A stretch of DNA of 64,000 bases. Origin: Adineta vaga (Eukaryota; Animalia; Rotifera). The stretch spans positions 9,982,001 to 10,046,000 of the forward strand of contig CP075493.1 of the NCBI GenBank assembly GCA_021613535.1, in the 5' to 3' direction. This document shows positions 1 through 12,923 of the stretch, in pieces (the first letter of the stretch is position 1; each line of letters starts with the position of its first letter). The notes beneath the pieces are model-generated. The model saw only the letters and a list, made by a program, of their open reading frames with translations. It was not told the DNA's origin and ran no database searches. A program made the translations under genes and the position numbers.

Positions 1-649
1 ATACCTCATGATTCAATCTTTCAACATGTTGTTCATGTTACTGAATCTAAACAAAGTATCAATACATTGGTTTCCTGGATTCATGATGGTATATACAAGT
101 AAAACATTTCTCGTTTTTCTTTCTCGTAGTATTCCTCATTCTAATCGACAATAGACAAGAAATTTTTCTCGATCCTACAACTATTCATGCTACAATTTTT
201 CTTAACAAATCGAATGAATCAATTCATCCTTCTAATAACAATCAATCGAATATGTTATTACGAAAATCACCTTCAACATCAAGTGTACCTCAATCTATTT
301 GCACAACATCGATAGATCGATTTCAATTGAGTACAAGTAAATATCTTCTTCTACCATCTCATATAAATTTCTGAAGAAAAATCAAAGGTGATTTAGATGA
401 TGAATCATTTGATGATTTGAATGAAATCATTATTGATTGTTCGTATCCAATACAATATATCAATAGATCATATACTGACGACAATTTATGTGATGAAGAT
501 GCATGGATGTCAATCTTAGCTGTAGCAAATGCTGAAGTAAAGAATGACATTTTTACTAAAAATAAATCATATATATATATACATGTTTTTAGCTTGATTT
601 ACTCAATCAATTAGAAAATGAACAAAATGGAATGATAACAACATTGTAG
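1..649 (+). CDS. 3' end of a spliced gene with a CRIB-like motif and a C-terminal class I PDZ-binding-like motif
   Basis: Frame from base 1 reads IPHDSIFQHVVHV (FxHxxHV, CRIB-like). Phase-compatible GT-AG introns at 99-154 and 537-592, plus one at ~338-375. Last exon reads LDLLNQLENEQNGMITTL*. Confidence 0.45.
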
Positions 650-1258
650 AAAAGCGTTTTTCTTTTATATCTTCGAAGAAATAAAGAAAAAAAATGGATC
701 TCGAATTGATATATTATTTATTCATTTCTAATTCAATGTCATATTCAATAATAAACAAGATATTGATTATGTTAATTTTATTTGATATGAAAAGACTCTT
801 GAGAAATCTTTTACATTCTTTGACAGATCATTGATCAATAAACATAATGTTAACAATTAGTTCTCTATTGAATGAAGAAGAAAAAAAACGATTTAATAGA
901 TCAATACATTCTCTCCATGTAAAATTTTTATTTTATTTCAAAAAGAAGTATTAATAGACTATACAGATAAAAGTCTTTGAATTCTTCTTTATATGCGCGT
1001 TTTGACACGCGCGTTCGAGAGAAATTATTCAAAATGTATGGTTCGGTTAAACACACAAACTGAATTTGCTGTAACTCGTCGGAAAATATCGATTGTCTTT
1101 TTCTATTCTGTATCAAAGCAAAATAAATCGGTGATTAAATGTTCGAACGTGTATGTATATATATATATATATGTATGTATGTGTTTAAAAAGAAGATGAA
1201 GAACGAACAATTCTTCTAATGTCTATTCTACATGTTCGTTGATTATTTAATCATTCAT

Positions 1259-3367
1259 TCAAGAATTCACACGAATCGATGATGTTGGATTTCGAAGATA
1301 AACATAAGTACTTGATGATGATGGTTTATTCGATGATGTCGAAAGATTTGATTGAAATAGAGGTCGTTTAAAAATTGGATTATGATCATGACTGAATGTG
1401 GAACGTTTTGGTCGATTTAATTCATCTACAATTGAGATATGTATTGATGTTGAATGTGGTTGTTTGACTGTTGAAGATGAATGTGGAGTAAATAATCGAT
1501 TTAAATGTGTTGATGATGATATAGGAGAATTATTAAAGGTTGGAAGGCGATTTAATTTGAAAGACTTCGTTGATGTTGAAGAGATCTTATCAAATAATGA
1601 TGTTGTACTATCATTGGAAGTTTTATTTTCAATTTTAGTTGATTTCGATGAAATTAAATCATGTTCATCATCACAAATATGATTAAATAATTCCGATAAA
1701 ACAGAGAATGTTTTTTGACAACGATGACATTTACGTATTTGATTATTATCATTTGATAGATTTCCTAGAAAAAAGAAATCCAAAACAAACCTGTTATTGT
1801 TTTTGTATAAATATCCTTATGAAAATCATTCAATCGAAACGAGTAAATATAGAGAAGAGAAAACAAAATGAAAACGGTTTATTTTACTACTCATGATAGG
1901 TTCGCATATTTTTTAGGTAAATGTCATTGATAATAAATTAGTGAAGCAAGCATATATCTTATCTATTACTTACTCGATCTATTCTGTCTCTTTTTTTTTC
2001 TTCTTCTCTACAATACTACAGCATTAAACAAGCATCTACAGATACAAATAAATCTAAAGCTAATTCATTTTAATAATGATAATAATAAGAAGAAGCGAGC
2101 AACGTATATAGTAACAAAACTAATAAAATATCGTTTCTTTTTTCTTTCATGCAAACTAGCTAATAGTGTAAGATTATATGATGGTATTACCGGACGAAAA
2201 TTTCGACTTTGATAAATTTTCATTAGGAACACAGTTGGATAATGGATTATAATAACGTTTTGTTTCCGTTGATTGTCGATTTAATTGACTTTGTTTACAT
2301 CGTTCTTCATGATCAAGATATTCACTTAAACGTATATTTTCATAACAATATGAACATTTGGTTGTATAGATTTTTTCTTGTTCTGGTCGATGACGACAAA
2401 CAGCTTCATGTTTTTGAGTATTATCTGCTGATCCTATGGGATAAAAACAATACTGACATATTTCTGACTTAGGTTTGAATGTTGTTGAATAAGGACGAGA
2501 ATATTGATCATTCGTCATTGTTGAAGGTTTAGGTTGTTGATAAACAAAATGTTCTTCGATTTCTTCTTCTTCATCATCACTATTGTTTGGATTTAAATGT
2601 GAGGATGTTCGTTTCATTTCATATCGATATTTTGATTTTGGATCAACATGATTTACTGGAATATTTGTTCGAGTTGTTGTTGTTGTTGTTGTTGCTTGTC
2701 CTCGTTGTGCCTGAGTTGAACTATTTAAACGAGCAGATGATCGATTCCAGAAGAAATCGTCTTTTAAAAATTGATCAAATATCGATCGAGTTAACATTTC
2801 AAACATGGAAAATGGATCATTTTCAAACGAACTACTATGATTCCATGTTGGTCGAGTTTTTCTATGTAAATGTCGTTGACTAGTATGAAATGATGATAGA
2901 ACTGGATCGTAATGATCAGAATCATTGTCTTCATCATCGGATGAACCGAAATAGGAATCGAAGAATGAAAATTCTGGTTGATGAAGTTTACTTGAAAAGA
3001 AAGCATGGCGTTGACGAATAGTAAAGAATGGATCATGGAAACGAAATCGAGCGGAATTCGCATGATTAGATGCGAAAGATGATGGGCCAGATGAATGAAA
3101 TGTTGAATCATATCTTCGATGTGGTTGAGATGTTGATGTAAATTTCATATTAGTAGATTGAAATTGTAAATCATAAGTACGACGTTTATCTGCATCACTT
3201 AATGTTTCATAAGCTTTGTTAATTTCTTTGAAAATTTCCTCAGCTGCTGATGAAGAATTTTTATCCGGATGATACTGAAGAGCTTTCTTACGATAAGCTT
3301 TTCGAATTTCATCTTCTGTTGCTGTTGCCTTTATGCCTAATATGGCATAACAATCGCTAGCTACCAT
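1259..3367 (-). CDS. J-domain (DnaJ/Hsp40) protein with G/F-like region and three C2HC (TRAF/XAF1-like) zinc fingers; two coding exons 2191-3367 and 1259-1764
   Basis: N-terminal J-domain with HPD motif. Fingers CQYC..HEAVC and CSYC..HEERC. Phase-1 donor G|GTAATA at 2190 joins in frame to phase-1 acceptor CTAG|GA at 1765, adding CHRC..HIC. Confidence 0.8.
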
Positions 3368-5805
3368 TGTTGAATTACTTACTATGACTTTACCAAGAAG
3401 GCTAATCGCATATAATCATCTGAAGAAGACAAAACATATGATTTGATTATCGTCAATAGAATAACATGTATTAATCAAATCGAAGAAGGAAAAGGTAAAT
3501 ACCTACATTCGAGGTTTTTATACAAGTAGAAGAAGGCTCATTGATCAATATACAAGGTAAAAGAAAAACGAGAGAAAATCGAAAATGAATAAGAACGAGA
3601 AGAAGAAAAACGAAAAATGAATGTAGAAAGAAACGAAATAGAAGACGAAGAGACAGATGCATTTAAATACATTGCACACTTATAAATCACTTTAGTACTC
3701 ATCTGATACTTGTGATACGAAAAACCAAGGCTCGTCAATAGTCAACCAATAACAACATTATTATTAAGAGCATGTTTATGCAGAGAAGCTCAACGAAAAG
3801 ATGATGTCATTTAAGATTTTTTCTAAATAAACAAATAATGATAGTATTTTCTTTAACCAAGGCAGACATTATTAGGATCAAATATGTAATACGAAACGGT
3901 GGAAAAAAAGAGAAAAGAGCAATATTATCATCATAAAATAATAATGTACTGTAGCGGAAAATAGGCGAAAGAGAAAGTGACGAATAGCTTTAAGGCAAAC
4001 GAAAGACGTAAAAGTGTGTATTTAATGTAATAAACATTTTATATAATCAACTAGGCAAAACAATCGAATCTAGGTAGTAGATTGTTCTTAAGACGACGTT
4101 TTTTTTGTCTTGCTTCTCCTATTTTTCGATACATTTCCATTTTTTCTCTCTTTCTCGTTAAGCAATATTTGAGGTCAATAGAGTTATGTCCGTCCTCGAC
4201 TAATATTAAACGACGACATGGTGACATTCCTTTCTTCTTTTCCTATCCATCTTCTCTATATAACTGCTGATGCAATAGACGCAAATGAATAGAGAGTAAT
4301 ATATCAAAAAAAGCGGAATATATATATATATATACTTATTTTGTTCTCTTCTTCTTCTCTTGTGTGTATGTCTCTGTCCCTCTCTCTCTCTCTGTTCCTC
4401 TGCATATGATTATTACATAATCATTATACATTTTTACACGCGCATGCACAGCTGGAAATTTGACTAAAGTGCTACGACATCGGACTACTCAAGATATTGA
4501 TGTAAATGGTACAGATGTATACCATTTGAAGTATATAATAAATGGAATTAGATCATCGATGAAAGTTCAATGATTAACTTACCTTATAAGATCAACATCT
4601 TCTTACTTTCGAAAAATAACCACATTTCAGATACTAACATTGTGGTATTGTTCTCTTCTCTTACGTTCTCGATTCTCTACATGTTGTTTCGACTAAGGTC
4701 GAACAAATGAATGAATGAATGAATGAATGACAAAAAAACAAGGCTTTTTCTCTCTTTCAACGGTACGTTGTGTAGTCATAAAAAAAATGAGAAAAGAAGA
4801 AAAAAACCATCTAGACAGTTCGATCAAACGAGGCATCTGTTGTTGTTTGATTAGAATGAATGAATGAATGAATAAATAAATTTCTCTATTAATTCTTTCC
4901 TTTCTTTTGAACATACAATCGTCAAATAGTACATAAAACAGAACACTACAAAGTTCTTTTTTTTAAAGAATTAGTAGGATTCTCTTTTTCACTTGTAGAA
5001 CTATTAACTTATTCATGAGAACGAACTTTTCGTCTTCAATAATTAAACTTACAGTTCCTTTTTGAGTCCTCTACAAAATAATTATTCAACGATTGACATA
5101 CAGGTGTCTATTAATCATATTCGATAGAGTGTTATTTGATCCATTTATACACAATACGTAAGCTCAATTTTGTTGGAACACTTATTATATCGGCTATACT
5201 ATCATTAATAAAAAAATTCTATTCATTGAATGAAAAACTATATTTCACTATTGCTATCAATCATTTAATCTCATGAAAGAAAGAAGAACTTAATTAAAAA
5301 ACAAAATCTCATCTTCATCGTTCTCATAATAGAATGGGAAAAAACAATATTGATATATCATTGTAATAAACTTAAATAACTTGACCTTCAACATAGCGAC
5401 ATCTATTGCAAAACTATCAATTTTGTATATTGAATTAATCTGATAAGAAAATTAAATTTAATCTTAAAAAATTGTTTTTTAGAAGTTAGTTTTCTTGAAA
5501 AATATTCTTTCGAGAAATAATCTCTTTAATCATTTGATATATTTTTTACCTATGACCTGTCTGATCAGAGAAAGAAGGACGAAACGTTTGTGAGAGGCAT
5601 TAGTCAATCCATAATGTCTGATGACATTTTTTGTCGTCATGCTCTTTCCTGTTTCGTTCATAAATAGAAAAAAAAGAAAGAAGAAAATCCACATTGATCC
5701 ATTGTTAATTTTTGTTTTCAGATCTATTTTTTTTATTATTTAAATCTATGTCATGGAACAGTGTCGGACTCATATCTCTGTTTATCGCTGTTATTTTCTC
5801 AAATA

Positions 5806-8800
5806 ATGGTTGAACCCGAACAAAGAGGTACGAAATAATAGAAATCGACTTTTATGTTGAAATGAAACGTTTTTTTCTTTATATATAGACAAATCAGGCA
5901 ATCTTGAAGATACGGTTCGTAATCTTCGCGAAGAAAATGCCAAACTTTTACAACTCCTTCGTTCTCGTAATTATTTTATTTTATTTTTTTTCTAAGAAAA
6001 AAAATTTGAAATCTTATTCTTTTATATCATAGAAGGACTTCTTGTCGATTCAGTCGATGAAAAATCAAATGAATCATCCAATATTACTTTCGATAATTCT
6101 GAGGTAACTTTAACAACAAATTCGATTAATACAACAAATCAAATCACACATCAACATGTGAATAATCATGGTCCAACAAATCAACAGAATTATTCTGGTC
6201 AAGTTATTCATGGTAATCAATCGAATATTACACCTAATTTTAATACCGTTATACAAACAACAACACAACCATTTGTTCAAAATAATTCCAATACACTCGT
6301 ACAAAATAATACTAATCTAATACAACCAATTAATCTTGTTAATTTTAATAATGTCAGTCTCGATTCTCTACAATCGTTTTTTGCCTCACAAAATAATTTG
6401 GTTTATTTATCTCAATCATCGTCATCAACATCATCGTCAACAACGACGACAACAACGACTACATCGAATTTTCTCAATGAATCTGAACAACATCAAATAT
6501 CGATTCGACCAAAACCATCGGTTATACCTCAACCTCAATCCGATCTTACTTCTGTTATATCAAAAGTAAATGAAAATACTTCTAGACAACTTTCATCATC
6601 ATCATCATCAACGAATGGTGAAACAACAAACTTACTTGATAATGATTTAAATCATAAACAACCAAGACCTATTCGACCTAAACCATCATCTAGGACAAAT
6701 TCTTTACAGGTAATTTGAATTCATATATATATAAGACCAAGGTTTAAAAAACATCTAATTGATTGCAAATTAAAATTTGATATTTTTACCTTGATGGAAA
6801 AGTGGACAGTTTTCCAAGATAGAATCTTAAGGTTACACATATTCGTCATAATATTTCTTCATTGTTAGATCGTTGAAGCGACTTGTACAAAATTGTTTTT
6901 GTTCTCATGAGAAAATCGAGACGTTGCGAAGGAATTCCATGAAAGAATAATTTTACAGTAATAAACAAAATGTTGTGTTGTTTATCAAAGACTAGGTCAA
7001 ACTTTGTATCCATTGGAAAATGATTTCGGCGACTCCGTTTCTTTTTCTTTGATTTAAAATCTAAACTGTTGAAAACGAAAAAATCTCTTGTGAGTTTTTA
7101 TCATAGAGATAGTCTCTATCAAAATTTAAAGTAAAAACGACACTATCATGATAACAAATGTCTGATAACTTTTACTCGTTTAATAAAGAAAACTGAAAAA
7201 ATTTGATAAAATAAAAGAAGATATTTATTGATAAACAAATGATCTTATCAAACAATTCGATTTCTATGACTATTCACACTATCGAATAAAGAGATCATCT
7301 ACGGATTATAGAGATAAAACTCAATGTACAAATTCTGTTTCAGGTTTATACTCCTGTTGTTATCAATGAAACAAAACCATCTACCACGAATGTACTTACT
7401 CCATCATCACTAATCAATAATACAAATGCATCATCAACAGTTTCTTTACTATCGCCATCAGCATCTTTTGAAGAACATCATATGGATCTATCTCCTCAAT
7501 TGATACATTCAAAATCAGTTGATTTATCAGTTCCACCAACAAATAATCTTTTAACATCAACTAAAAAACCAAATCGAAATCGTAAAAAACCTGTAGCGCC
7601 ACCACTACCACTACAACCACCACAACAACAACAACAACAACCATCATCACAACCATCATCATCTATATCTGTTCCATCAACGAATCCAACATTAATTCCT
7701 ATTGCTCCAAATCTTGGTCGACCATTAGCGCCAGCTCCATTGAACGTTCAACGTGTCGTTGCAACGAATAAACGTTCAACAGCAAATAAAAAACGAAATT
7801 CAAAAACATTAGTTCAATATCACAGCGAAAGTATTCTACAACAAACTTCACCAACGAGTAATTCTTTTGCAGAATCTATATCCGGTCTAATGCAACATTT
7901 TGACCAAGAATTATTAGCATCGAATTTCTTATCTCAGCCGCCACCAACAACAAATATACTTTCGAATGATACACCACTACCACCACCACTACCGCCACCA
8001 ACAGTGCCATCATCCTCATCATCATCGTCGTCGTCAAATATAAATTTAATTCGTACATTGGATAATATTGATGTGAGACAAATTGTTAATACAACGATTC
8101 ATCGTACGGAATCAAGTTATCAATCGATGCCAACATTTGATGAATTTAATGATCGACTTGATACTGAAACGACGACGACAATAACAGATTATAATGTTGA
8201 TAATGAACAGATAACATCGTTTATGAATGAAGAAGATATGCGTTTTGTTGAAATGAATTTTGATGAAAATACGTTCTTAAAACAATTCGATTTGGATGAT
8301 GCAGGAATTAAATTAAATATTAATTCTGAACAAAATATTTTTGGTAGTCTTCTAACAAATAATCATCATTTAAATACTACAATTGAACAAACAAGTTCAC
8401 CATTGCCGTTACCACAACCACCACCACCACCAATCTATCCAGGATCATCATTAATTAATAATAATGTCTTTACAACAGTTGTTCCATTAGGTTTACAACA
8501 TCAATCATCATACAGTAGTTCATTCAATAATAGAAATTCATCAGTGTGTTTACCAGAAGAAGGTGTACAATTAACGTAAGTTTAAATATTATCTTATCGC
8601 AACCATATCCGATCCTAATGTGTATGACTAACTGATCATTGTTGATATTTTTTACTCGAGATTTCTCACATAGAAAAGATATTATATCTATTTCGAGCTT
8701 CTATGATAATTATTTCTTTATGTTTAGTGCTCGCCATATCGAACCCAGTCAAGTAGCGACATATGAATCAGTAAAATATCAAGATATTCTTGATGATTTA

Positions 8801-11170
8801 GTCACTGTTACCGATCAAGATGTATTAAGTCATGTTCAAGCAGCAGCAGTTGCTGCGAATGATACAACAGTTATAACAACGGACTTTTCTTTTGCTTTAA
8901 TTGAAGCAACTAATGAAATAATTAAAACAGCTGACATTGAAGGTGCTGAAGAAACTGCATCTGCTTTTGTCGATTTGCAATATTTCTATCCTACTATCGA
9001 ACAAGAACAAGAATTACTACAAAAACAACTAGAACAATGCGAGCATAAAGTAGAACCAGAACCAGAACCAGAACCAATGCTACAACCAGAGCCTGAACAT
9101 GAACTGGCTGATATTCCTGAAGATAAATTTGATAGTGAAATTAATCCAACGGCAGACTCACCGAAATCTGAAGATAATTCAGCAATAACTGATCTGGCAT
9201 CTATCTTACAAATAAATCAAACACATTCGTCATCTCCTATCAAAGAAATTTCGTCAGAAATTGATTACGATGCTCTTCTGCCTCCACCAACTCCATCTCC
9301 TCCTTCGCCGCCGCCACCACCGCCCCCAACACTACTACCATCCCAACTCCAACCAATGCTGTCACTATCACAACTGCAGTCTACGATACCACCACCATCG
9401 CAATTGTCACCAACGCTACCAACGCCACAACTCCAGCCACCACTACCGCACCCGACACTGTTGCGACCACCAGCGCCGGTACAACCACCACCAATACCAC
9501 CACCATCACTATCATCATCATTATCATCAACAACAACATCTACAACAAATTTCTCTACCTTACCTGAACAAATTTCTCGGAAAGCATGTATTATATTTGA
9601 ACCAATATTATCTCCAACAAATCCTGCATCTCCGATCAAACCTGCAGAAGATGAACTCGTGCTCGATTCTGGATGTTTGACAGGTTCGTCATCAATAGAG
9701 AGACCAGAACCTTTGGATACAAATCAAATTGAAGAATTATTGAATGAAACATCTGAAAATCAATTTGATGTGATCGAAAATCAAGGTCAAACTATGTCGT
9801 TATCTTCATCTCCGACTCATCTTACGTCGGATAATCTTGATGATTTCATTGAACAAGTCGAAGAACCAGCGGAAAAACTGCTCGAAAAGAATTTCTTACA
9901 TTATCAACAGATCTATCAAGAAAGTCAAAAGAAAACACCAAAGGAACAGTATTCACCGATTCCATCTGTAAAATTGAAATTAAATTCAATTTATCCTAAA
10001 CCAAAAAAGAAACGAAAAACATCTCCAGCACCCGTTCTTGTCTGTGAAAATGTTCGACCACCATTAAAAATAAAAATTCGAACAAAACTACCGTTACCAC
10101 CTCTACCTGAACCATCTCCACCGAAAGAAGAACAACCACCCTCACTATCACCGCTACTTCTACCGCCGCCTGCGGTAAAAATCAAAATTCGTAAACCAAT
10201 TAAAAAACCTAAACGAAAGAAATCTTCCATCGACGATCAATTGGATCGTGAAGCTAAACTTTCATTAAAAACTGAATACGCTGGTTTAACACGTTTCGAA
10301 CAATCCTTAGCTCAATTATATCATACTCAATCATCACCAGATACTCGTGTGCCACCCACACCTGGAGAGAATGAAGATTTACCAATTTTACCTAATAAAC
10401 AAGACACACCACCAACGAATGAACTCAAACAAGTAAATTCAGCCATATCATCAGAAAATCAAATGAAGAAACTAGCACATTTATTTAATTATGATGATGA
10501 ACCATTGAATAATAACACATTTATCACTCCACCACCGGAGATTGATACCCATATTCATCATCATACTCATGCTCAACAACAACTACAAAAAACTTCGAAT
10601 GATATTGAACAAAGTCCCAAGAAAATGAAAAAATCGAAACCAAATTCTTTTCATAATAAAGAATATTATTCAGCATCAAGAAAAACAGAACATTTACCGC
10701 AACCACCAGCTCCACCACCACCGATTCATATGGATCCGTATGCTCAACCATATCATCATTTTGATGCACGAACTGCTCCATTTTTCAATTTTCCTTTTCC
10801 AAATCCATTTATGAATCCACATCCACCAGCACCGCCAGCACCACCACCATCCAATCATTTTCATCATAATGCAATGAAATATCATTATCCAACTCATAAT
10901 TATCCACCGCATCAACAACAATTTTCCTATCATCCACATTTGCAACGGCAGCAACAGTATAACAATACTAATTATATGTGTAAGTTAATTGAGACTAGAC
11001 AATATTATTCATATACGAATTACTCATTTATTCCGAGAAAAAAAGTTATTTAATAGCTCAGAAAAAGATTAAAAAATAAATCATAAAAATCACTATCTTC
11101 AATTGAACCGACATAATTATTCTATTTTTTCTTCTAGCTTCTCATAATCATCATCCATTCAGCAGGTAGC
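5806..11170 (+). CDS. Large Pro/Ser/Gln/His-rich, probably nuclear protein with a short N-terminal coiled coil (multi-exon)
   Basis: ATG at 5806 with phase-compatible short exons (LREENAKLLQLLRS), long ORFs 6158-6718, 7482-8579 and 8639-11053, NLS-like PKPKKKRK and KKPKRKK, last exon after the acceptor at ~11137. No recognisable globular domain. Confidence 0.7.
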
Positions 11171-12023
11171 ACCATCTATATCTTCATGTTCAGTTTTTCC
11201 TGATTACTCCTTCAATTGCAAAACAAAATCGTTATCTTGACAATCTATATGCGCAGATACTTTATAGTGTACGTCTGTTCCAGTGACTTCTATTTGAATA
11301 CGTGTTTTCTTTCTTTTTTCTCTCTGTCTCTCTGTCTCTCTCTGTTTTCTTTTGATATGTCTAATGTATTAATGATCTTTGTCGATAGTTCTAATGAATT
11401 CGAAATAATTATGTGTTATTATACTTTGCATTTTCTTTTTTGTTGTCGTTATTATTTCTTTTTTCGAAATGTACTATGTGTATGCGTGTGAGGAATGTAA
11501 TCTTTTGTTTTCTTTTTTTGTTTATCTATTTGGTATTAATTCATTGATTACAGAAGTATTGCGTGTTTTTTTGTACTTCAAAAGCAACGATGACAATTTC
11601 TTTTCTTTTTTTTGTACAGTTGAGATATTCTTTTTTCTGTCTCTCGCTCGTTATTTATGTTACTGTCATGTATTTAATAAACAAAAAAAATATAATGCGA
11701 AGTGTGTATAGAATATACGCATATGTATTACAAAGTATTTCTGATCTTAATTCTATCTCTCTCTCATTCGAATGTATCTTTTTAGTCTTGTTTGAAAAAT
11801 CAAAAAAGGATTCTATACTAGTCCTCCCGATTTTTTGTTCTGTTCCATTGTATACATAAATACAGATTTGTATGTGTATGTTTTCTCTTTTTTTTCTTTC
11901 TTTCTTCTGTTTGAATTTCCTTTCAATGTATATTCGACAGTGCCTATTGTTTCATGTAATAATAGACTAGCTGTTGGTTTAAATGATGAATCTCAGTATG
12001 TAATCAAATAATTTACTGACGAC

Positions 12024-12047
12024 GATGATGATGATGATGATGATGAT
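12024..12047. repeat. (GAT)8 microsatellite
   Basis: Seen directly in the sequence. Confidence 0.85.
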
Positions 12048-12923
12048 GACATGGAACTTCTTAAAAAACGAGTTGTCTATATTCTTATCTTTGTACAAAA
12101 AAGAACCATTGTTTTTCTTTTCTGATCATAATTATGTTTGTATTTTGTTCCTTTTTTTTCATAGAAATTCTTCTGTTTGTTTTTTCTTTTCTTGTTTGGT
12201 CGATACATGCGCGCACGTGTGAGTTTGCACTAAGCCGTTGAGCTCAAAAATAAAAATCTCAATTTGGACAAATCAATAGAAGATTGATTTCTTATGTATT
12301 CAAGGTCAAAATGCCATCGATATAGTTGAGTGCATTATGTTCGGATTTCCTGATGCTCATCCTCTTGAAATGCATTTCTCCTTTCAGAATTAATAATATA
12401 AAGAGAATATTGTTTCATATTTTCATCAAAAATGTGATATGAAAGTCTCGATGGATTACTTGATCAAAAAGCAAATGTTGATGTAAAGCAGAGCATTAGA
12501 TAACTATACTATTGAACAGTAATTAAGAAAGAATTTCTAGTAAGATCGAATATATTTTTCTTCACTATTATATTGAATTCAAATAATAGTAGATTTGAAG
12601 GACTAGTTGATTAATCATTGATTTATATTCAAGTAAATTGATTTACTTAATCTATTGTTCGAAGTCATAGGAAAAAAGAGAACTGTCAAAAGAATTTAAG
12701 TTAGTCAACTAGATCTAATTTTGTTTCATGCTTTATTGTCCTATCTCTTCTTATAGAAATCATTTTATCCTATTGATTTAAACCATTCTAGTCATCGAAT
12801 AGCATCGACAAAAAAAGCAAAGAAAACCTCGATTTATTAAAGAGAGCAATTGAACGAGAGAGAGAGAGAAGCAAAAGAAACAAAGACAGTCATGATATGT
12901 GAGTACGTTAGTGTTTGTAAGTT

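Noticed and set aside
1259-1783. Stand-alone zinc-finger gene
   Set aside because: Its start is a non-ATG codon inside a pyrimidine tract and acceptor; better explained as exon 2 of the DnaJ gene.
3385-3402. TTACCAAGA resembling the end of a spliced-leader exon
   Set aside because: Too short a match, with no following GT donor or Sm site; no SL RNA gene recognised in the window.
9261-10954. His-rich, Gly-rich and Trp-rich ORFs in alternative frames and antisense
   Set aside because: Shadow frames of the CCA/CAT-rich codons of the real 8639-11053 exon.
11216-12222. Hydrophobic Phe/Leu/Cys-rich short ORFs (also near 3471, 16151, 24507 and 27178)
   Set aside because: Translations of T-rich UTR or intergenic sequence and microsatellites.
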